Assembly: GCA_052034935.1 (NCBI GenBank)
Contig: JBPOIB010000001.1
Span: forward strand, 236,173-300,172
Reading direction: 5' to 3'
From: Candidatus Moraniibacteriota bacterium
Lineage (GTDB): Bacteria > Patescibacteriota > Minisyncoccia > Moranbacterales > UBA1568
Length of the DNA: 64,000 nt
In this document: one piece after another, positions 9,505 through 19,251 of the stretch
Layout of the letters: every line of letters starts with the position of its first letter
Numbering within the stretch: the first letter of the stretch is position 1
Program-made: the position numbers and the translations under genes
The notes under the pieces: generated by a model
Seen by the model: only the letters and a program-made list of their open reading frames with translations
Told to the model about the DNA's origin: nothing
The model's database searches: none

Positions 9505-10200
9505 TCATTTCTGGCAGAGCACTTTCACCGGAAACACAACCACTGCATTCCAGATTCGCTTCCACCTTTTTGGCTGCCGCAAGAGTCGCCACAGCCATTC
9601 GAGACCGATGGTTCGAAAGGATTTCGGGGCTCGCGGCACTTTTCCGGTGAGAAAGTCGAAGGCCCCGCCGACCCCTATCGCGAGCCGAATACTTCCCGGA
9701 GAGGATTTCAGTCCAGCCAGCACGATTTCCTGGAGTGGTGCGCCATAATTGCAAAAGACGACATGATAGGGGGCTGGGATTTTACCGAGGAGGCATTCCG
9801 GTGCAAATTTCTCGACTTTCAGATTCGGATAGCTTGTGGCGAGAACCGCCTGGATCTCTTCATATTTCGATAAACCGCCTGGATCAAGCATGAGTCCGAC
9901 GGTAAGTCGCTTCTCATTCGCCTTATCAAGGATTTCGGGCAAAAGATCGGCGCCTGGAATACGCTCGATCAAAGTCTCTCCGGCAAGGAAGAATGGGAGA
10001 TGGAGTCCGAATCCATCAGCGACACGGAGATCGCTCGAGAGGAGTGCTCCTCGGAACGCTGTATTCTTTTCTGAAAGCAAAAGAAACTCTGGATTGACCG
10101 TCGCTATCCGATGGAAACTGGAGTGGCTGAGCCAATCATCGATTTGCTTCAAGACATCAGCCCGGGAAAGATTGTCGATGCCGATGTGGAAGATTTTCAT
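9505..10200 (-). CDS. WecB/TagA/CpsF family glycosyltransferase (GT26)
   Basis: TVNPE, ADGFG, RIPGAD, GAPLQE, GVGGAFDF..RAP..GLEWLWRL..QPKRWKR. Confidence 0.93.
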   Translation of the reverse strand: MKIFHIGIDNLSRADVLKQIDDWLSHSSFHRIATVNPEFLLLSEKNTAFRGALLSSDLRVADGFGLHLPFFLAGETLIERIPGADLLPEILDKANEKRLTVGLMLDPGGLSKYEEIQAVLATSYPNLKVEKFAPECLLGKIPAPYHVVFCNYGAPLQEIVLAGLKSSPGSIRLAIGVGGAFDFLTGKVPRAPKSFRTIGLEWLWRLLRQPKRWKRIWNAVVVFPVKVLCQK

Positions 10201-10208
10201 AGTATCCT

Positions 10209-10772
10209 CTACACCTTGCTTTCACCACCAAAAGGGAATTCGGCGAGCGGAAGAAAGACGCGCTTGCCATTCTCTGTCGTACTCTCGAAAAGCGTAATGG
10301 TATCGACCGGCTCAATCACATGGAGCGTCTTCGTGAAATCTGGTTTCTCTTCAAGGGCCTCGTACTTGCCGCGGCGAATCTTGGCCAGGGTCACATGCGG
10401 CCGAAAGCTCTTCGATGCTGGAGTGAGGTATTTGAGCGCGTCAGCAACGATATTCCGGAGATCGGTCAACTCGACTGAGTCTTCGCCATTGAATCGAATC
10501 GAGGTCGGGTGATCATTATTCGGCTCAGCTTGGATTTCGGACAAATCGATCTCGAACGGTTCAATATCAATCACCGCGTCTTCCAAAGATTCAATGATGC
10601 GCGGAATCTCCTCTTCCATGATGAAGCCGAGAAAAAGCAGGGAAACATGGAAATTTCCCTTCCGAGTCGGGATAATCGGGAAATCCTTGAAACGGGAAAT
10701 CTCCGATTCCAGACGTTTCTGGAGCCGGTCAGAGAGCGGGATAGCGACAAAAAGGCGGCGGGTGATGAGCAT
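10209..10772 (-). CDS. thpR: RNA 2',3'-cyclic phosphodiesterase (2H phosphoesterase, LigT/ThpR)
   Basis: RLFVAI, HVSLLFLG and FRPHVTLA 2H motifs. Start MLITRR preferred (TATACT 12 nt upstream); alternative start 10805. Confidence 0.88.
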   Translation of the reverse strand: MLITRRLFVAIPLSDRLQKRLESEISRFKDFPIIPTRKGNFHVSLLFLGFIMEEEIPRIIESLEDAVIDIEPFEIDLSEIQAEPNNDHPTSIRFNGEDSVELTDLRNIVADALKYLTPASKSFRPHVTLAKIRRGKYEALEEKPDFTKTLHVIEPVDTITLFESTTENGKRVFLPLAEFPFGGESKV

Positions 10773-10857
10773 AGGAGTTAAGCGAGTATACTGAATTTTT
10801 TCCATTCCGGCAAGGGCCGCGAAGCGTTTTTCTCCTGTACAATAAGAGTACTCACTT

Positions 10858-12789
10858 ATGGCCGATTCAAGCCCTCTTTATCGTATCGAAGTCGTTCCAC
10901 TCACGCCGCTTTTCGGCAAACGGAACCCTCGTTTCAGCTATGCTTCGACTGACCCTGTCGTGGCTGGTTCTCTTGTCGCAATTTCTTTCGGCAAGCAGAA
11001 TATCACTGGTATCACGTTCGACTGTGCCCCCCTGCCGGGTCGGGTGCCCGAGTGGATGAAATATGTCGGACCGACGCTCCTCCCCGATTTTCTTACCGCC
11101 GACCAAATCACGCTTGCCGAACGGATGAGCGAAGTACTTTTCGTCCAGCTCGGCCTCGTCCTAAAGCTCTTCCTCCCGGTTGAAAAGAAACCGCGCGAAA
11201 AGAAATCTGATTTAGTGGTGGATAAATCAACTGAGAAAAGATTGAGGAGCACAAAAAAGACCAGAGTGGCCGCCAAAAAGCAGGAGTTTAGATCCGAAGG
11301 TATTACCAATGAACAGGAACTTTTTGAACGACTGATCAAAATTGGAAGAGAGACGAAAGGCGAAAGGAAAACGTTTCTCATCCTCATCCCCGAAGTACTC
11401 GCCGCTGAAGTTCTCTCGGCAAAACTCTCCTCAGCGCTCCCGGAACACCGAATCGGAACGCTTTCAAGCGCTCGAACACCGAGAGAAACATACTTTCTCT
11501 ACGAAGCGATTCGGTCTGGACAGCTCGATATTGTCGTCGGTACGCGCCAAGCGGTCTTCGCGCCCTTTGAGTACCTCGGTCACATCGCCGTCATCGATCC
11601 AGAAAAGCGACTTTCCTATGTGCAGTGGGAGCGAGCACCTCGGTATGATGCTGTTGAAATTGCTGCTTGGATTGCTCTCGCCAAGCATATCCCCTGCTCC
11701 CAACTTTCAATCGCTCCTGGTCTGGAATATTATGCCGGGAAGAAGCGAGCTATTGGGAAGTCTTTCCGCTTCTCGGAAGAACACGACCTCGCTATCGTCG
11801 ACATGCGGCCCGGCTACCAGTCGCGGCAACGAGGAAATCACGCGCTCTCATTCGAGCTGGTTCAGGCGATTCGAAAGGTCTCCAAAGAAAACGGGTCGGT
11901 TCTTATTCTCGTGAAGCAACGAGGATTAGCTCGTTTTTCGCTCTGCGCCAAATGTCAGACTGTGCTCCGCTGTCCCGAGTGTGAGACCGCTCTGACCGAG
12001 GTCAAAAGTGGAACCTACCATTGTCTCAACTGCCGTTATCATGCACCGCTGTTTCCGGCCTGCGCGAATTGCCATGAAATGACTTTCCGGAGTTTTGGTG
12101 CTGGAACCGAGGCCGTGGCAAGAGAGGTATCCCGCGAGTTTCAGGGTGAATCTATCGTGATTGACCGCGATACCCAGACCAAGGAACACCAATTCCGGGC
12201 GCTTACCGAAAAACTCAGTGATCCGTCGGCTCCGCGCTGCATCATCTCGACCTACGAGTCCGCTGAAAGCTTGCTGCTTGGATCATTCAGTCTCATTGCT
12301 ATGGTTGAGCCGGATCAGGGCCTCTTTTTCCCGGATTATCAGTCAGAGGAACGGCTCTGGCGATCACTGCACCGTTTTGGCGGCAAACTTGGCCGAGGCG
12401 GAAAACTCTACGTCCAAACCTTTGAACCTGAGTCGAAACACTGGACGACTTGGGTACGAGAACCGCTCGCGATAACGGCTGAGGCTTTTCTGGAAGAGCG
12501 GAAACTGCTCCACTACCCCCCATATTACCGTTTCATCCAGCTCGAATGCCGAGCAAGCGAGAAAATAACGTCGCTGGCTGTTGCCGAAAAAACCGAGACT
12601 GCTATCCGATTACTGGGGCTTGAAACAATCGAGGTCCTCCCTCGTTACCTCCCCTTCAGTCGAAAAAACGACTATCATATCCTTATCCGCCTAAAGGCTG
12701 GAGAAGAAGTCCCCGACCGCCTCAGAATCTTTCTCTCCACTCTTGACCAATCAGTCAAAATCACGCATAATCCAGTATCATTGCACTAA
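10858..12789 (+). CDS. priA: Primosomal protein N' (PriA), helicase motifs degenerate
   Basis: N-terminal 3'-binding domain, LIPE, VVGTRQAVFAPF, four CxxC zinc knuckles, VQT, YPPY; upstream of def-fmt. Confidence 0.85.
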   Translation: MADSSPLYRIEVVPLTPLFGKRNPRFSYASTDPVVAGSLVAISFGKQNITGITFDCAPLPGRVPEWMKYVGPTLLPDFLTADQITLAERMSEVLFVQLGLVLKLFLPVEKKPREKKSDLVVDKSTEKRLRSTKKTRVAAKKQEFRSEGITNEQELFERLIKIGRETKGERKTFLILIPEVLAAEVLSAKLSSALPEHRIGTLSSARTPRETYFLYEAIRSGQLDIVVGTRQAVFAPFEYLGHIAVIDPEKRLSYVQWERAPRYDAVEIAAWIALAKHIPCSQLSIAPGLEYYAGKKRAIGKSFRFSEEHDLAIVDMRPGYQSRQRGNHALSFELVQAIRKVSKENGSVLILVKQRGLARFSLCAKCQTVLRCPECETALTEVKSGTYHCLNCRYHAPLFPACANCHEMTFRSFGAGTEAVAREVSREFQGESIVIDRDTQTKEHQFRALTEKLSDPSAPRCIISTYESAESLLLGSFSLIAMVEPDQGLFFPDYQSEERLWRSLHRFGGKLGRGGKLYVQTFEPESKHWTTWVREPLAITAEAFLEERKLLHYPPYYRFIQLECRASEKITSLAVAEKTETAIRLLGLETIEVLPRYLPFSRKNDYHILIRLKAGEEVPDRLRIFLSTLDQSVKITHNPVSLH

Positions 12790-12801
12790 TCGAGCGCGCC
12801 T

Positions 12802-13272
12802 ATGTACAGTATCGTCACCGGTGCCGAAAACGATATCCTCCACGCCAAGAACGAGAATGTGAAAGATCCGCTTTCGCCGGAAATCCAATCACTGCTTCCA
12901 GAAATGCTGGTCGCTATGCGGAAAGCAGACGGCATCGGATTGGCAGCGCCCCAGATTGGCAAGAATATTCGCGTCTGTGTCGTTGAGATTGAAGGTGTCA
13001 TCCGGAACTTTATCAACCCGAAGATTGCGAGCTTCTCGCGCGAAAAGATCATTTTCGAAGAAGGCTGCCTCAGCCTTCCTGGCGAGCTCTTTCCGATCGA
13101 ACGTTCAGAGACCATCACAATCCGCTACCTGGATGAAACCGGAGCAAACCGGAAGCTGAAACTGCGCGGGCTCTGGGCGATCTGTCTCCAGCATGAGCTC
13201 GACCATCTCGACGGTATCCTTATCTGCGATCGATACAAAAACCAAAAAAATAAACATGTCTATGCCCTCTGA
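12802..13272 (+). CDS. def: Peptide deformylase
   Basis: GIGLAAPQIG, EGCLS, QHELDHLDG. Confidence 0.97.
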   Translation: MYSIVTGAENDILHAKNENVKDPLSPEIQSLLPEMLVAMRKADGIGLAAPQIGKNIRVCVVEIEGVIRNFINPKIASFSREKIIFEEGCLSLPGELFPIERSETITIRYLDETGANRKLKLRGLWAICLQHELDHLDGILICDRYKNQKNKHVYAL

Positions 13273-14260
13273 AAAAGATTCCGAAGCACTCGCCGCAACC
13301 TTCAAGGCTCCGCAAGTATCCGTCGTCTTCATGGGAACGCCCGAGTTCGCAGCCACAGCTCTGAAAGCACTCATCGCTGAACACTACAATATTGTCGGTA
13401 TTGTCACCCAGCCGGACCGGAAAACTGGGCGCAAACAGGAATTGACCGCCCCGCCGGTAAAAACGGTCGCGGTCGAACATAAATTACCCCTTCTCCAACC
13501 GGAAAAGCTCGATGCCGAAACAATCGATACGCTCTCCTCTTGGAAGCCAGATGTCATTGTCGTCGCTGCCTACGGAAAAATCTTACCGGAGAGCATCCTC
13601 TCTCTCCCCGGTTTCGGCTGCATCAATATCCATGCCTCGCTCCTCCCTCGCTGGCGAGGCGCTTCGCCCGTCGCGAACGCGCTCATGGCTGGTGACGAAG
13701 AGACCGGTGTCACGCTTATGGAGCTCGACCGAGGAATGGATACCGGGGCAATTATCGCAACCGAGAAGACTCTCATCGGCCCTGATGAACGTGCGCCAGA
13801 ACTTCTCGATCGCCTGTCGGAGATAGGAGCAAAGCTGCTCGTCGCGACACTCCCACTTTGGATCAAACGAAAGATCACCGCCGCGTCGCAACCAGAAGAC
13901 GGCATCACTCTCTGCCAGCTCATTGATCGAGAAGATGGCCATATTTTCTGGACGATGGAAGCGACCGCTATCTATAATCACTACCGTGGACTCTATCCCT
14001 GGCCAGGACTGTTCACGTACTGGCGGCGCGGTGAAGACGATGTGGTCCGGATTAAGCTCCACGAAATAAGCCTGCAAAAAACTCCTCCCGCCATCGCTCA
14101 GCCAGCTGGGAGTGTCGTCGAAATCGGCGAAAAGGTCGGGGTAGTCACCGGTGCCGGAGTCATCTTTCTGCTCAAACTCCAGCTCGAAGGCAAGGAGACA
14201 GTTTCAATCACCGAATTTATCAAAGGATATCCAGAGTTTGTCGGCTCCGTACTCATGTAA
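13262..14260 (+). CDS. fmt: Methionyl-tRNA formyltransferase
   Basis: FMGTPEFA, VTQPDR, AYGKILP, NIHASLLPRWRGASP, MDTG; start 13256 or 13262. Confidence 0.96.
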   Translation: MPSEKDSEALAATFKAPQVSVVFMGTPEFAATALKALIAEHYNIVGIVTQPDRKTGRKQELTAPPVKTVAVEHKLPLLQPEKLDAETIDTLSSWKPDVIVVAAYGKILPESILSLPGFGCINIHASLLPRWRGASPVANALMAGDEETGVTLMELDRGMDTGAIIATEKTLIGPDERAPELLDRLSEIGAKLLVATLPLWIKRKITAASQPEDGITLCQLIDREDGHIFWTMEATAIYNHYRGLYPWPGLFTYWRRGEDDVVRIKLHEISLQKTPPAIAQPAGSVVEIGEKVGVVTGAGVIFLLKLQLEGKETVSITEFIKGYPEFVGSVLM

Positions 14261-14278
14261 GTCATTTCTGAATTTCCT

Positions 14279-15088
14279 ATGCCTAGGCAGAACCGAAGTG
14301 AGGGAAAAATACTGGTCATACTCGCCGTGCTAATGCTCGGCGGCGCCGCGTTCATGCTGGGTAAGGCCTGGTACCTTCATTCTCAGGAAAAAAAGGTGGC
14401 GGAGGAAATCACCGATGGCCTCACCGCACTACGCTACATGAGCCCGAAGAATATCCTTGACCGCATCGCGAAGAATGAAGAGCTCCAGTTCATCGACGTC
14501 CGTCCTCGTGAAGCATTCGACCGCGACCATATCATCGATTCGGACTGGCTCGGTCTCGCCGAAATTGCATACTACAATGCACCGGCCGGAAAACTTGTCA
14601 TCATCGTCTACGGTGAAGAGAATTCAAATGATCAGTTGCGGGAAATCAATGCACTGTATACGAAGAAGGGACTCTCTTTCGCCTTTCTCGAAGGTGGCAT
14701 ACGGAATTGGGTAGCTGAGGGCGGAGGCCTCGTGAGCGAGGCCGACCCTGCATCTTTTCTAGACCGGACGAAGATCATCCCAATCGAACCGGAAAATGTC
14801 ATCACCCTCCAGGAATCCCTCGTCCGCAGTACTATTCTGGATGTCCGAACCGATCGAGAATTCGCGGCCGGACATATCCCAGGCGCAATCAATATCCCCT
14901 TGTCGCGGCTCGAAAAAGAGCGAGGAACCATTCCTTCGATTGGCTCACTCTTCGTATATGGTGACACCGAGACAGATAGTTTCCAGGCGGGCGCCAAACT
15001 TTTTGATATGGGTTACATCGGCTTACGCGTTATCACCGGCGGCTACACCGCCTGGAAAGAGAAGGGGTTGCCTGTTGAAAAGAAATAA
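14279..15088 (+). CDS. Membrane-anchored tandem rhodanese-like domain protein (no catalytic Cys)
   Basis: Two IDVR/LDVR..HI..GG..W repeats; active-site loops read VYGEE and VYGDT. Confidence 0.85.
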   Translation: MPRQNRSEGKILVILAVLMLGGAAFMLGKAWYLHSQEKKVAEEITDGLTALRYMSPKNILDRIAKNEELQFIDVRPREAFDRDHIIDSDWLGLAEIAYYNAPAGKLVIIVYGEENSNDQLREINALYTKKGLSFAFLEGGIRNWVAEGGGLVSEADPASFLDRTKIIPIEPENVITLQESLVRSTILDVRTDREFAAGHIPGAINIPLSRLEKERGTIPSIGSLFVYGDTETDSFQAGAKLFDMGYIGLRVITGGYTAWKEKGLPVEKK

Positions 15089-15119
15089 AAAAATCAGGTT
15101 GTTAACCTGATTTTTTTAT
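15085..15119. terminator. Bidirectional terminator between the rhodanese gene and groES
   Basis: Perfect 16 bp inverted repeat ATAAAAAAATCAGGTT-GTT-AACCTGATTTTTTTAT. Confidence 0.85.
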
Positions 15120-15142
15120 CGGATAGGAGAAACGGAAGACTG

Positions 15143-15424
15143 TTAGCCCTCGACAATCGCCAAAACATCTTTGAAATTCAAGATGACATACTCCTCATTG
15201 GCAATTTTCACTTCCTCACTCGAGCCATAACGCTTAAAAATAACCGTATCACCCTTTTTGACGGCAATCTCTTTATGAGACCCGACTGCGACTACTGTAC
15301 CCTGCTGACCCCGTTCGCCTGAAGCGCTTTCAGGGAGGTAGAGGCCCGACTGCGTTCTACTTTCTTTTGTTTCGATTTTTACGAGAACATTCTCGCCAAG
15401 CGGCTGGATACGAACTTTTGGCAT
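15143..15424 (-). CDS. groES: Co-chaperonin GroES
   Basis: IQPLGENVLVK, TQSGLYLPESA, GTVVAVG, VKKGDTV, DVLAIV. Confidence 0.95.
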   Translation of the reverse strand: MPKVRIQPLGENVLVKIETKESRTQSGLYLPESASGERGQQGTVVAVGSHKEIAVKKGDTVIFKRYGSSEEVKIANEEYVILNFKDVLAIVEG

Positions 15425-15463
15425 ACTGGAAAAATTAAGCAGATTAGCTTCTTCTTTACCCAC

Positions 15464-15492
15464 ATTGTACCGTCCGTTAGCAGACTGGTCAA
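15464..15492 (-). promoter_or_regulatory. Sigma70 promoter of groES
   Basis: Minus strand TTGACC, 17 bp spacer, TACAAT. Confidence 0.8.
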
Positions 15493-15503
15493 GAGAGTGC
15501 TAA
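15477..15503. promoter_or_regulatory. CIRCE element (HrcA operator)
   Basis: TTAGCAGAC-N9-GAGTGCTAA versus consensus TTAGCACTC-N9-GAGTGCTAA (16 of 18 match); overlaps the groES -35 box. Confidence 0.9.
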
Positions 15504-15919
15504 TGTCGGCTACTTGCAAATAGGTGATCCAACTCGATCACTGCCTTCGCCGGATTGGTATCAAAAAGCTGGAGAAAGTAGTCTTTTCGGCTTTGTTTTC
15601 CAGGCTCTGGCGGATAAGAATACTCCATAATTTCATTCCGAAACCATACACCAAGCTCGATCATCCAGTCCATCTTCACTTCATCATAACTATCATCAGG
15701 CAAAACAAACTGCTTCCCCTTCATGTCAACCCATGCTTTCTGTAAACAGTTTGATTGAAATCTTTCTAAGTCCTCCCTGTTTTTGTGATCATCCTTTGCT
15801 TCCTGATAGAGGGAAACCGTTTCTTCTATCGATTGCAAAACGCTTATTTCAGGTTTTTCTCTAGCTGCTTCAGGCGTGCTTCCGGGAACCGCTTCAGATT
15901 GAATGGGAAATTCTTTCAT
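15500..15919 (-). CDS. Hypothetical protein
   Basis: 139 aa acidic ORF filling the gap after ctpA; AT-richer codons than neighbours. Confidence 0.65.
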   Translation of the reverse strand: MKEFPIQSEAVPGSTPEAAREKPEISVLQSIEETVSLYQEAKDDHKNREDLERFQSNCLQKAWVDMKGKQFVLPDDSYDEVKMDWMIELGVWFRNEIMEYSYPPEPGKQSRKDYFLQLFDTNPAKAVIELDHLFASSRH

Positions 15920-15932
15920 AAACAGTACTTTG

Positions 15933-17195
15933 TTAGTTCAGTTTTTCTTGAAGCAACACTAATGCTCGGTCGAACTGAGGGTCGCGATCAGCCTCGATAT
16001 CCTCGCGTGTCAGCTTCACTGTCTCATCAGGATCGATTCCGACCTTGTTAATCTGATTTCCCTTCGGCGTCAGCCACCGAGCAATAGTTATTTTCACGGA
16101 GGTATTACTCGAAGTCGGGATAAGCTCTTGAACAGAACCCTTGCCGTAGGACTTCCCGCCGACCAAAAGTGTATCCGAGCGATTCTCGCGGATGCCCGCT
16201 GCCAAAATTTCTGACGCGCTTGCGCTGCCTTCATTAATGAGAATGACAACTGGTAGGGAGCCGAAAACATTGTCGCCGCGCGTTCTCAGTTCTTTGCGTT
16301 CTTTCTTTGCATCTTCCTCCATCACCACTACCGATCCCGCTGGCAAAAAGTATCCTCCGAGCTCAACTGCGGCATCGAGAAATCCACCAGGATTATTCCG
16401 CACATCCAAGAGGATGCCCTTGGCTCCCTGGCGTTTGATATCGCTTGCTGCTTGAGCGAACTCATCTGTCGTATCTTCACCGAAGCGGGTCACTCTGATT
16501 ACGGCGATGTCCTCACGCATTTCAACAATGATGCTCTTCACGACGATCACGTCACGGCGAACAGAAACTTCGCGGAGCTCATCCTCTTCCGGGTGAAAGA
16601 GGGAAAGGGTGACCTCTGTTCCACGCGGACCGCGGATGCGATCGACTGCTTCCTGCAAATCCAAGTTCTCCGTCGATTCCCCATTGATTTTGAGCACCTT
16701 GTCGCCCGCGCGGATGCCCGCCTTCTCTGCCGGTGAGCCGTCGAGCGGAGCGACAACAGTTAGAATGCCGTCTTTGATCTGCATTTCGGCGCCGATACCG
16801 TCGAACGACTGGGCGAGCTCTTCTTTAAATTCTTTGTTCTCTTTCGGATCAAAGAAGGTCGTGTACGGATCACCGGTCGCCGCAAGCATGCCGTCGATCG
16901 CGCCATAGAAGAGGGTCTTTGCGTCGAGCGCGTCGTGTTCGACATATCTCTCGCCAAGAAGATTCCAAACCTTCCAGAAAAGAGAGAAGTCGATGCTCGC
17001 ATCCTGTCCCTCGGTCGTACCACGAAAAACCGCTTCGTTCACCGCAATCGGTGCGTCGGTCATAGCCGGCCCGAATTTTCCTTTCTGGTAGCCAGCATAG
17101 AAGGCGAAGATGACAAGTCCGATAATGGCGCCCGCGACAATCAAGCGCCGACTCTTCTCTGGCTGACTGGGTGAAACCTGTTCGTTCTGATCCAT
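15933..17195 (-). CDS. ctpA: S41 carboxyl-terminal processing protease
   Basis: TM anchor, GDPYT, GIGA PDZ domain, DVRNNPGG, SASASEI, SYGKGSVQ. Confidence 0.93.
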   Translation of the reverse strand: MDQNEQVSPSQPEKSRRLIVAGAIIGLVIFAFYAGYQKGKFGPAMTDAPIAVNEAVFRGTTEGQDASIDFSLFWKVWNLLGERYVEHDALDAKTLFYGAIDGMLAATGDPYTTFFDPKENKEFKEELAQSFDGIGAEMQIKDGILTVVAPLDGSPAEKAGIRAGDKVLKINGESTENLDLQEAVDRIRGPRGTEVTLSLFHPEEDELREVSVRRDVIVVKSIIVEMREDIAVIRVTRFGEDTTDEFAQAASDIKRQGAKGILLDVRNNPGGFLDAAVELGGYFLPAGSVVVMEEDAKKERKELRTRGDNVFGSLPVVILINEGSASASEILAAGIRENRSDTLLVGGKSYGKGSVQELIPTSSNTSVKITIARWLTPKGNQINKVGIDPDETVKLTREDIEADRDPQFDRALVLLQEKLN

Positions 17196-17199
17196 ATGT

Positions 17200-18024
17200 T
17201 TATTGATGCTCTGGCAATGATTTACCCCGGTACTTGAGAAAATACCGGATGGCGCTCTCGATGTGATACCAGGTGAGCCGATTCATGAAGAGCGAACGAA
17301 AGAACCCACCACGAGCGCTCCCCTTCGCATGATAGTGATAGACAACCGCCGATGGAGTATAGACGACGCGATAGCCTTTTTCCCAGAAGCGCCGACACCA
17401 ATCAACATCTTCCATATACATAAAGAACTGCCTATCCATCGCGCCCACGGCTTCTACCGCGCTCCGCGGAGCAAAGAGCGCCGAACCCATGATCCAGTCC
17501 ACTTCCCGTTCATAGCTATGATCAAAATCTTTCATCGTGAACCATTCGAGGTGTCGGCGTCCGAACGATAGCCGGGAAAGCCAGGTCCGGCGGAAGAGTA
17601 TCGTCCACGGCCGGTAGAAACGCAGACAGGTCGCTTGAAGCGAACCGTTAAAATTAAGCTGCTTGGGACCGACTAAGCCGACATCCGGATGTGCCTTGAC
17701 ATAGGCGAGGAGATTTGGAATAGTCTCCGGCTGGATAATGATGTCAGCATTAATGAAGAAGATGTATTCGCCAGATGACTCCTTAATCGAATCGTTGATG
17801 AGACGGCCAAAGCCGACATTTTCCGGATGTGGAAAAAAACGCACCTCGGGGAATTCTTCCCGCAAAATAAGCTCTGTGTCTTCTTCAGTAGCGCTATCAA
17901 CGACGAGTACTTCGTAGGTAAAATCTGCCTTATCCCGGAGCTCCCGGCGGATAGCCTCAAGGCAGAGCCTGAGGAGTTCAGGGCTTCGATAACTGTTGAC
18001 GGCGATCGAAACCAGTGGGGTCAT
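17200..18024 (-). CDS. Glycosyltransferase family 2 (WbbL/rhamnosyltransferase-like)
   Basis: VVDS, NVGFG, INAD, FFMYMEDVDWC, HYH. Confidence 0.9.
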   Translation of the reverse strand: MTPLVSIAVNSYRSPELLRLCLEAIRRELRDKADFTYEVLVVDSATEEDTELILREEFPEVRFFPHPENVGFGRLINDSIKESSGEYIFFINADIIIQPETIPNLLAYVKAHPDVGLVGPKQLNFNGSLQATCLRFYRPWTILFRRTWLSRLSFGRRHLEWFTMKDFDHSYEREVDWIMGSALFAPRSAVEAVGAMDRQFFMYMEDVDWCRRFWEKGYRVVYTPSAVVYHYHAKGSARGGFFRSLFMNRLTWYHIESAIRYFLKYRGKSLPEHQ

Positions 18025-18029
18025 GGGTG

Positions 18030-19238
18030 TTACGGAAGAGTCTGAAACAGAGCGCGGATACGGTCATAGTTGTCTCCGCGTGGCAGAAGGATATAGCCAG
18101 CACCATTGGTAGCCGGTGGGGCATAGAGGAGGCCCTCTTCAGAATTCTCAAGCACAAACTGCTTCAGAGATGCATCTTGACTCTCTTGGTAAAGTTCGAG
18201 GAAACGCTTCGCCTCCCAAGCCTCAGCTTTGAGCTGCATATTCTCGCCGAGGCTCTCCAGGAGCGCATTGATCTTTCCGAAGTCGGTTAACGTCCCAGCC
18301 GAAAGTGCCTTCTCTTTGATCGCCTGGATTACCTGCTGCTGGCGCCGGGCGCGCTCGAAATCGTTCGACGTTGCGCGGGATCGAGCATAGCAGAGTGCTG
18401 TTTCGCCGTTGAGCTGATTCGCTCCGGCAGCAAGTTTGAAATTTCCACCGCACTCAAGCGTTTCGGGTTTGATTTTGGCATAGCAGAGCGGGTAGCGTTT
18501 CGGATTGTCATAATACTCCCCGTTTTTCCGCTGGATGCGCTTTTCTTCATAGTTACCCGAGGGAATTGTATAGGTGATACCGTCACAGCGTTGCTCAAGC
18601 CCCAGGAATTGGACGCTTTCTTGAAACGGCTGGTCGAGCGTGATGGTGATACCGCCGAGCGCATCAATGAGCTCCTTGAAGCCTTCGAAGTTAATTACCG
18701 CTGCATAAGGAATCGTGAGCCCGGTCACTTCTCCCACAATAGTCTGCATATCCTCCAACCCGCCGCCAGCACCGCGTTCTTCACCAAGCGCATACACCGC
18801 GTTAATCTTGCGATTCTCTTGCCGGCCGGGCACCTTCACGTAAAGATCTCGCGGGATAGAGACGAGCGAAGCCCGAGCCGTATCACCCTCTTTTGTCCCA
18901 TCCTTCGGATGAAGCGAGAGTACCATGATCGTATCGGCCAGAAGCCCACCGCCGGGAACATTCTTGCCGCGCATGCCGAGGATGAGCACATTGACGCGAC
19001 CATCCTTTTCTCCCTTAAGCTCATCCTTCGTCCCAGGAAGCGTCTTGACGAGATTCTTGAATATCCCGTCTTCACCGAGCGAAATTTTGTTCAGGATAAA
19101 ACCGGCCTTGATACTGAAGGCGATGCCAGCAATGAGAGCGAGCACAACAAAAAAAACTCCGATCCGGACAATTCGCTTCTTTTTCGCCGAAGACGGCAAA
19201 GCGGCTTCTGGAGCCGCATTCTTGTTCAAGAATGACAT
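18030..19238 (-). CDS. LytR-CpsA-Psr (LCP) family phosphotransferase
   Basis: TM helix, NVLILG, ADTIM, SIPRDL, KINAVY, YARSR..DFERARRQQ; start at MSFLNK. Confidence 0.92.
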   Translation of the reverse strand: MSFLNKNAAPEAALPSSAKKKRIVRIGVFFVVLALIAGIAFSIKAGFILNKISLGEDGIFKNLVKTLPGTKDELKGEKDGRVNVLILGMRGKNVPGGGLLADTIMVLSLHPKDGTKEGDTARASLVSIPRDLYVKVPGRQENRKINAVYALGEERGAGGGLEDMQTIVGEVTGLTIPYAAVINFEGFKELIDALGGITITLDQPFQESVQFLGLEQRCDGITYTIPSGNYEEKRIQRKNGEYYDNPKRYPLCYAKIKPETLECGGNFKLAAGANQLNGETALCYARSRATSNDFERARRQQQVIQAIKEKALSAGTLTDFGKINALLESLGENMQLKAEAWEAKRFLELYQESQDASLKQFVLENSEEGLLYAPPATNGAGYILLPRGDNYDRIRALFQTLP

Positions 19239-19251
19239 GATAACCAAGAGA

